Of a stretch of 64,000 bases of DNA, positions 56,601-61,794 are shown piece by piece (position 1 is the stretch's first letter; each line of letters starts with the position of its first letter). Location of the stretch: NCBI GenBank assembly GCA_964016885.1, contig OZ024754.1, positions 21,948,001-22,012,000 of the forward strand, read 5' to 3'. The position numbers and the translations under genes are program-made. Under the pieces are notes generated by a model. The model did not search any database and had not been told where the DNA came from. It was given only the letters and a program-made list of their open reading frames with translations. This DNA is from Eledone cirrhosa. Its lineage: Eukaryota.

Positions 56601-59482
56601 TATTGTGTATATATCAAATGTAATACCAATATACTCACCTATAGTGTATATTGTGTATACTACTTTGACGCTAAACTCTACCAGTTTCAGACTGCGCATC
56701 AACATGAGATATTTTTTTCCACAAAGTTTGATCACCAACAGCAGAGTTTAAAGAGCAAAGATCAAGTCCAGTCCTTAAGTTGACATTATCAAGCCATCAT
56801 TTTGTCATACACTTTGTTTTGGAAATGTTGGTGTGTAAGCCAGCCTCCAGCAAATGTTTGGCCAGTACATTCAGAAAATCTTGCAGATCAGTTCTAGAGT
56901 AACTCATGATGGCCAGATCGTCTGCATAGCTAAGATTTGATAGGATTAGTCCACAACTATTGACCTATATCAGACAGACTAGCTGTTCTGAGCTTGAAAA
57001 GTAAGTTTTGTAAACTCGTACTTATCCAGTGCTACTTTCCCACATCTACCCACCCAGATGAAGAAATCAATGAGTTATATGACAACATACAGGCCATTAT
57101 AGATAAGACATCAAAGAGAGATCATCTCTTTCTGATGGGTGACTTTAACTGCAAAATTAGGCAACTGAACGAATCATTCTCATCAAGTACTGGGAAATAT
57201 ACCACAGGTACATTTAACTAGAGAGGCGAGCTTCTAGCCCAATTTTGTACGAGGAACAATATGCAGATCACCAAAACAATATTTCAAAAGAAAAACCTGT
57301 TCACTTGGATATCACCAGACAGTATAACTAAGAATCAAATAGACTTTATAATAGCAAGAAAATCTTCAGCAAGACTAAGCATATTAGACAGCACTGCTCT
57401 TAACGCTCCTGATATATCTGACCATCGTATGGTGTGCACGAGATTTCACATCAACTTTATTTTGTCACACACAGAACTAAAATATCATCGAAAGTTAACT
57501 TAGACAAATTCTCATGTAACGAAACAGCAAGCCGTTTTAAACTCGAGTTGCAACACCATACGATGAAGACTCTGACAAGATTTATGATTCTATCTGCAAA
57601 GGCATAAAAGAGATATCTGAAGAGATTTTACCTAAGGAAAGCCATCCCACAATGGATGTCACAACAAACAAACAAAGAAATATCTGAAAACCATAGAATC
57701 AGAAGAGAATGTGGCCACACATCAGCCCAATATAGAATAACAAAGGCTGAATCAAAAAAACTCGTTAAATCAGGCAAACTTAAACAAAAGTAAAACATTG
57801 AGGAGCTGAATAACCTACCACCCAACAGGTTACATCATGGTGTTCTGAAGAAACTAAAGACTAAACCAAGAAATCTTAGCTGGGGCATTAAAGATTCAAA
57901 CAATACTATCCTTACTTCCAGAGATGATATCCTTGAATGCTGGGCTAAATTCTATGAAGAACTGTACTTCAGCAACTCAGAACCAACAACTATTCATGAT
58001 TCGACATCAGATGCCATTCCATCTATCTTAACTAGTGAGATATCTCATGCCATCAAAAATTTGAAGCAAGGAAAAAGCCCTGGACTGGACAACATATACT
58101 CAGAATTCATCAAAGCTGGAGGTGAACCAATTATCAAAGCACTTCAACATCTCTTTAACTGTATTATCACTACAGGAAAAAGGTAGCAGACTTGATTGTG
58201 GGAACTATCGTCCTATCAGCCTACTGAGTCATGTTTACAAGCTTTTCATGAGTATCATTGCAGCACGAGTGAAGTCAGACCTTTACGCCTCATTTCCTGA
58301 AACACAAGCTGCGTATCAACCTGGTAGAGGCACCATTGAGCAGATCCTAGCTATTGAACAAATCATTGAGAAATCAATAGAATTTGACAACGTGAAACTA
58401 CCCAGCTTGTGGCAACTCTTAAACAAGACCTCAATTCACAAAAAATACATCAACCTATTGAAAGAAACTTGCACCAACTCAACAGTATATATCAAAACAG
58501 ACTTGGGAACAAGTGTATAGACATCTTGAAGGGAGTTAAGCAGGGGGATGTACTATCAGCAATTATTTTGTGTATAGTTATAGCTGCACTTATTTACCAA
58601 ACTGAAGAAGAATGCTCCTCTGGCTATCAAATAGGAGGTAAAATCCTATCAAATCTTAACTATATTGTGTATATATCAAATGAAATAACAATATACCCAC
58701 CTATAGTGTATATTGTGTATATATCAAATGAAATAACAATATACCCACCTATAGTGTATATTGTGTATATATCAAATGAAATAACAATATACCCACCTAT
58801 AGTGTATATTGTGTATATATCAAATATAATACCAATATACCCAACTATAGTATATATTGTGTATATATCAAATGTAATACCAATATACCTGACTATAAGG
58901 TTGATCATAAATTTACAGTTCATATCACAAGCCACACTACAGAGTGTACTGGCTGTGTTTTATCATGTAGATCTCCAACACTAGAGATGTTGTTGTGCTA
59001 AAGGATGTAAATATGATATATTAAAGTTTAACCCTTACTTTACTCTCATATACTCTATATATTCCTTCTTTCACTACAGTCACTGACTATTTCTTTCAGA
59101 CACATTCAAATCTTCCCAACAGAAGGGCCAAATCATTTTGACCATTGAGAAAGTAAGATGGCTTACAGTTATTTTATCTTTGAGAGCAAAGTGTTGTTTT
59201 ATGCTGAGTAGTAGTGGTAGTGGGGATGGTGGTGGTGGTAGCAGTAGTAGTGGTGGCAAGTTTGTGTTGGTGGTGGTAGTGCTGATAGTAGGTATGAGTG
59301 TGGGTATGAATGTAAGTATGAGTGTAGGTTTGAGTGGGGGTATGAATGTAAGTATGAATGTAGGTTTGAGTGTGGGTATGAGTGCAGGTATGACTGTAGT
59401 TATATGAGTGTGGCAGCAATGTAATTTACTTTTTAATATTTAACTTTTCTTATTTCAGTGGCTGGAAAAAGTCCTTTTGTGA
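44540..59482 (+). CDS. CAPN: Classical calpain large subunit, 5'-partial; join(44540..44617,45127..45284,45658..45818,46616..46827,47558..47663,48531..48588,52639..52697,53087..53155,54105..54183,56406..56522,59100..59152,59459..59482); 390 aa in window
   Basis: Twelve AG/GT-bounded exons with compatible phases and no internal stop. Motifs: EW..I..DEREKLGL..DDGEFWMNF.DF, CNLSPD, SAGG, W.NPQY, IGFVIY, PGEYIVIPCTYE, EF-hands. Symbol is family-level only; paralogue not assigned. Confidence 0.95.
44680..44750 (+). mobile_element. Decayed tRNA-derived SINE head
   Basis: Box-B-like ggttcaattc preceded by cagttagggtgtt, similar to the head of the SINE at 47721. Confidence 0.45.
44780..45060. repeat. 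Three degenerate ~100-bp tandem units
   Basis: cagatcatatcagcaatgaaatgatcaatggaaacat-like starts at ~44780, 44875 and 44992. Confidence 0.7.
45127..45284 (+). CDS. CAPN: Calpain exon, end of CysPc and start of CBSW (MNFNDFKVHFDTLNVCNLSPD...WYKGFSAGGRPSCS)
   Basis: ttccag acceptor, gtaagt donor, 158 nt, phase 2/1. Confidence 0.95.
45658..45818 (+). CDS. CAPN: Calpain exon, CBSW with acidic loop (THWSNPQYRMILSDSDEDDD...IGFVIYK)
   Basis: ctgtag acceptor, gtattt donor, 161 nt, phase 1/0. Confidence 0.95.
45870..45998 (+). mobile_element. 3' half of SINE, same family as 47721
   Basis: gctgggagttagccct...cctgatgagcgtctgggcttgggacaaactttaatc resembles 47860-47990. Confidence 0.55.
46355..46468 (-). 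mobile_element. Decayed tRNA-derived SINE 5' part
   Basis: Reverse strand reads aaggtgcatgacctagtggttaaggtgtt...tgagcaagacatttcatttcgtgttg. Confidence 0.6.
46616..46827 (+). CDS. CAPN: Calpain exon, CBSW C-terminal half (NELHHSLPLQYEFFKK...PGEYIVIPCTYEANLEASFLIRFFMEK)
   Basis: atcag acceptor, gtaagt donor, 212 nt, phase 0/2. Confidence 0.96.
46871..47085 (+). mobile_element. RTE-like LINE fragment, APE endonuclease remnant
   Basis: Translates NTNFRKPANSLIAYQSGRHTSQIDFILTKKRDR*MVVNIKPFLGKEHTSQYRLVI; one in-frame stop. Confidence 0.75.
47558..47663 (+). CDS. CAPN: Calpain exon, linker to PEF (PADNIPSIVSQPPKDFIDEKDTECFKEHFYRLSGE)
   Basis: tgttag acceptor, gtaaat donor, 106 nt, phase 2/0. Confidence 0.9.
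47721..48114 (+). mobile_element. tRNA-derived SINE (MetaSINE-like) with tandemly duplicated 3' module
   Basis: Box B GGTTCGATTCC at 47761; gtgttcttgagctaaacactt core; aaccctgtgatggactg...gacttta module at 47871 and 47989. Family name from memory. Confidence 0.8.
48323..48472. repeat. (GT)n/(GTAT)n microsatellite
   Basis: Direct reading. Confidence 0.95.
48531..48588 (+). CDS. CAPN: Calpain exon, EF1 (DMEIDSFELQNILDEEFKH)
   Basis: ttccag acceptor, gttggt donor, 58 nt, phase 0/1. Confidence 0.95.
49010..49235 (+). mobile_element. Decayed copy of the same SINE family
   Basis: gagttcaatccc box B, actcagctgaaaatga, gaaactgggataa and ttgatgagcctc shared with the 47721 copy. Confidence 0.65.
49452..51677. 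repeat. 39-bp minisatellite (CTCTCTATCTATGTACATATCTCTTGCTTGGTGCTCCCC and variants), ~57 units, with a 1166-bp higher-order duplication
   Basis: 13-aa periodicity in the ORF track; rare variant TTAGCACT at ~49944 and ~51110; ORF offsets of 1166. Confidence 0.98.
51727..52152 (+). mobile_element. 5'-truncated non-LTR retrotransposon (L1/Tx1-like ORF2 C-terminus plus 3' UTR)
   Basis: Exact 16-bp TSD ACTCTTATTATAATAT at 51711-51726 and 52153-52168; LKGLRSDTFLSG...FYERWVKVARMA*; AATAAA near the 3' end. Clade assignment is from memory and less certain than the TSD. Confidence 0.75.
52260..52570 (+). mobile_element. Cluster of decayed RTE 3'-UTR-like fragments (further copies ~48911-48975 and ~53437-53526)
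   Basis: ttggtgttaagaagggcttccaactggagaaacc matches the reverse complement of the RTE 3' UTR at ~61890-61940. Confidence 0.6.
52639..52697 (+). CDS. CAPN: Calpain exon, PEF (DVPYQYTGLETCKNFVFLMD)
   Basis: tttcag acceptor, GTATCCTTT donor, 59 nt, phase 1/0. Confidence 0.93.
52698..53086 (+). other. U12-type (minor spliceosome) GT-AG intron, 389 nt
   Basis: Donor GTATCCTTT; branch site TTTCTTTAAC at 53065-53074, 12 nt before the intron end. Confidence 0.9.
53087..53155 (+). CDS. CAPN: Calpain exon, EF2 (TNNSGKIGFSEFLILWSYILAWR)
   Basis: tctcag acceptor, gtaaat donor, 69 nt, phase 0/0. Confidence 0.96.
53632..53872. repeat. Degenerate local tandem duplication
   Basis: ataaacatttgaattaacaaac at 53721 and 53851; actatgac(a/t)gcatc(t/a)catta at ~53634 and 53791. 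Confidence 0.65.
54105..54183 (+). CDS. CAPN: Calpain exon, EF3 (RIFQTFDAQKTGSLDSFELQRAITAT)
   Basis: aaag acceptor, gtaagt donor, 79 nt, phase 0/1. Confidence 0.95.
54321..56106 (+). mobile_element. 5'-truncated, decayed CRE-clade non-LTR retrotransposon (RT, zinc knuckle, restriction-like endonuclease)
   Basis: FVKLDMKNAFN; GVQQGNPLGPLLF; WYLDD (54565-54579); CEPHKCHFG..D..GLHPLSC; LEPVGLD*GDGK/GMTIFPFCNGKPLVWDATCSDT; WLFQRIS..ILRG; short (TAT)n tail; several frameshifts and stops. Confidence 0.85.
56406..56522 (+). CDS. CAPN: Calpain exon, EF4 (YKMSSNIHRILCFRYVDKDWTINMNNFLLCVTNLMKHF)
   Basis: tggtag acceptor, gtaagt donor, 117 nt, phase 1/1. Confidence 0.95.
56599..56659. repeat. Left part of a 48-bp minisatellite split by the LINE insertion
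   Basis: One unit plus TATATTGTGTATA, matching the array at 58661. Confidence 0.9.
56660..56955 (-). mobile_element. 3' segment of RTE-like LINE (YADD to C-terminus, internally deleted)
   Basis: Reverse strand: GLILSNLSYADDLAIMSYSRTDLQDFLNVLAKHLLEAGLHTNISKTKCMTK, then WLDNVNLRTGLDL...DQTLWKKI. Confidence 0.88.
56956..58660 (+). mobile_element. 5' segment of the RTE-like LINE (APE endonuclease and RT up to just before YADD), inverted relative to its 3' segment; decayed
   Basis: PISDRLAVL, IQCYFPTS, LMGDFNCKI, NQIDFII, SDHRMV, KSPGLD, NYRPISLLS, GVKQGDVLS, ends ILSNLNY; stops and frameshifts. Confidence 0.92.
58661..58897. repeat. 48-bp minisatellite TATATTGTGTATATATCAAATGAAATAACAATATACCCACCTATAGTG, ~5 units
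   Basis: Units at 58661, 58709, 58757, 58805 and 58853. Confidence 0.97.
59100..59152 (+). CDS. CAPN: Calpain exon, EF5 (NTFKSSQQKGQIILTIEK)
   Basis: tttcag acceptor, gtaaga donor, 53 nt, phase 1/0. Confidence 0.88.
59205..59412. repeat. Low-complexity (GGT/AGT)n and GTATGAGTGTRG-type repeats
   Basis: Direct reading; intronic. Confidence 0.85.
59459..59482 (+). CDS. CAPN: Calpain last coding exon (WLEKVLL*)
   Basis: tttcag acceptor, phase 0, begins with the terminal WL typical of calpains, TGA stop. Confidence 0.88.
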   Translation, partial: WLEKVLL

Positions 59483-59578
59483 TGACTGATTGGTCACAGA
59501 ATTAACTTTGGACAGTTTTGTTTGTAATACAGAAGAAGGGTCTTCTTAGGTTGGCTTTCAAAGAATCATTTCATCATT

Positions 59579-59608
59579 TATATATATATATGTGTGTGTG
59601 TGTGAGTG

Positions 59609-59641
<33 letters not shown>

Positions 59642-59656
59642 GTATATATATACATG

Positions 59657-59688
<32 letters not shown>

Positions 59689-59792
59689 TATGTGTATATA
59701 TATACATGTATATATATATATATGTGTATATATATATATGTATATGTATATATATATAATATATATGTGTATATATATATATGTGTATATAT
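59579..59792. repeat. (TA)n/(TATG)n microsatellite
   Basis: Direct reading. Confidence 0.97.
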
Positions 59793-59834
59793 CAAAGGTA
59801 TATATTGAGTTAGAAACTCAAAATAGTTTCTTAC

Positions 59835-59840
59835 AATAAA
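59835..59840 (+). promoter_or_regulatory. Candidate calpain polyadenylation signal
   Basis: First AATAAA seen after the stop codon; weak evidence in AT-rich DNA. Confidence 0.3.
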
Positions 59841-59880
59841 ATAGCTCAAGGAAAGATATTTTTCCGAGCCGTATATTATA

Positions 59881-59996
59881 ATTGAATATAAGAGAGATAA
59901 ACACAGGCATATATGTGTTCAAACCGTAAGGGACCAGATTCCCTTACGGTTTGCACACATATATGTATGCCTGTGTTTATCTCTCTTATATTCAAT
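59881..59996. repeat. Long inverted repeat (53/57-bp arms, 6-nt loop)
   Basis: 59881-59933 is the reverse complement of 59940-59996 apart from one mismatch and a 4-nt insertion. Confidence 0.95.
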
Positions 59997-60250
59997 ATGT
60001 ATATATATGTGTATATATATATATATGTATATATATATGTATATATATATGTATATATATGTATATATATATATATATGTATATATATGTATATATATAT
60101 ATGTATATATATGTATATATATATATGTATATATATGTGTGTATATATATATATGTATATATATATATATGTATATATATATGTATATATATATGTATAT
60201 ATATATTATATATGTATATATATATATGTATATATATATATATTTATATA
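59997..60250. repeat. (TA)n/(TATG)n microsatellite
   Basis: Direct reading. Confidence 0.97.
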
Positions 60251-60285
60251 AGAAGAAATTAAAAGATGGTTAAAAATGTTCCATG

Positions 60286-60356
60286 TATTTTATTATGCGC
60301 ATTTCAAAAACACATATCATCCTGGGATGATATTTGCGTTCTCATCAGATAAAATA
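60286..60356 (-). ncRNA. Minimal type I hammerhead ribozyme motif (Penelope-like-element type)
   Basis: TATTTTAT-CTGATGA-[GAACGCAAATATCATCC CA GGATGATATGTGTTTTT]-GAAA-TGCGCA-TA-ATAAAATA: 8-bp stem I, intact core, long stem II, palindromic stem III, AUA cleavage triplet. Confidence 0.85.
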
Positions 60357-61231
60357 GGGAGACATGATATGAAGCTTAAAAAAAACAAACACTTGTGAGC
60401 AAAGTAGTGTCTAATCAACATATGATAAATAAATTTAAAAGGATATAGGAGATTGGAAAAAAGGGAAGGAAGGGGAAAAAGGGAAGGAATAGGAAAAAAG
60501 GAAAATAGAAGGAAAGGATAACGGAGGAACAGTATAAGAAGGAGGAAGGAGAGAGAACGAGAGAGATAAACATTTAAACTGAGAAACGCTGTCTCCACAG
60601 AGAAATAACTGAAAAAAACGGTTGTAAATTTATAAATAAATTAAATAAATTAAAAAATTAAAAGTTAATGAGGTTTATGAATGATGATGTTTATGATTTC
60701 AGATATAGAAATTAAGTATACTATTTATGGTTTATATAGTGAAGGATTTATTAAAATGTATTATTAAGATAAAATAAAGTAAAATAAGATAAGGTGAATG
60801 AAAATAAAATTAAATAATTTATAATCTTAGAAGACGATATAGGGTCCTCGTTTGTTTCAATAGATTGTAATAGAAAAAGTAATTATTTAAGTTAATGCAA
60901 TCATGGGAAGAGAGAAAAGAGAAAATATGTTTACACAATTCACCTAATGCTAATATTAATAGATTTGAAGTAAAAAATTGGGAAATATAGCGGCTTAAAA
61001 GAGTAATGTTGAGAAAAAATGATATAAAGATGAACTATTTAAAAGAAAATTTGTATCCCCAAGAAGATAAAGGAATTTGCTATAGTGAATTAAAAAGCTA
61101 AAAAATTAAAAAATTAGGGGACCAAAAACGTCATAGTATGAATGAACTTTGTAGAATGTACTGAAATATATTATGTACTAATTATCCGATATTTGCATTG
61201 CTTTATTGTGCTACAATAAAACTCACCTCCT

Positions 61232-61232
<1 letters not shown>

Positions 61233-61299
<67 letters not shown>

Positions 61300-61312
61300 G
61301 TGTGTATATATA
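61233..61312. repeat. (TA)n microsatellite
   Basis: Direct reading. Confidence 0.95.
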
Positions 61313-61476
61313 TGAATGGAATAGCAACATCACAACTTACAATTAAGGACAAAATAAAAACACACACAGACACCCGGATGTAACACAAGCACAAACTAAG
61401 CACACAACACACACAAAAACAAGATGGCGTAGGACAGAACAAAGGAGAGGCACAAAAGAAAAGAAAAGAATCCCCA

Positions 61477-61519
61477 GTCACTGAAGAGGTCACAGAATGT
61501 GTGACGAAAGAACTTTGAC
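61477..61519 (+). ncRNA. Degenerate minimal hammerhead ribozyme motif
   Basis: GTCA-CTGAAGA-G-GTCACA GAATG TGTGAC-GAAA-GAAC-TT-TGAC: 4-bp stem I, 6-bp stem II with one extra G, imperfect stem III, CUU triplet. Confidence 0.6.
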
Positions 61520-61738
61520 AATACATGAACAACCGTCCAGTTGTGGAACCAACCAACCAACTGGAAATTTACAAATTTCTTAAATTTATAAATTTAATTT
61601 ATAATAAATTTGAGTGAAAGCAACTGGTGCGTGTGTTTCTTATTGGCAACATGACCCTCCCACTCCCAAAGTATAACAATATCGGTTTCAACACACGTTT
61701 TCAGATAAAGAATCTTGCTAAACAAATTCAGAAATGAA

Positions 61739-61794
61739 ATATATATATATATATATATATGTATGTATATATCATCATCATCATCATCATCATC
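61739..61794. repeat. (TA)n tract followed by (CAT)n, the latter being the (ATG)n tail of the RTE element
   Basis: atatat...atcatcatcatcatcatcatcatc-aacgtttaacgtccg. Confidence 0.9.

Noticed and set aside
60900-61230. GIY-YIG remnant on the minus strand (EFYCSTIKQCKYRII)
   Set aside because: Too degenerate to call by eye; needs a profile search against Penelope endonucleases.
59138-61556. YI/VC-rich and Gly/Ser-rich ORFs
   Set aside because: Translations of microsatellites and low-complexity DNA.
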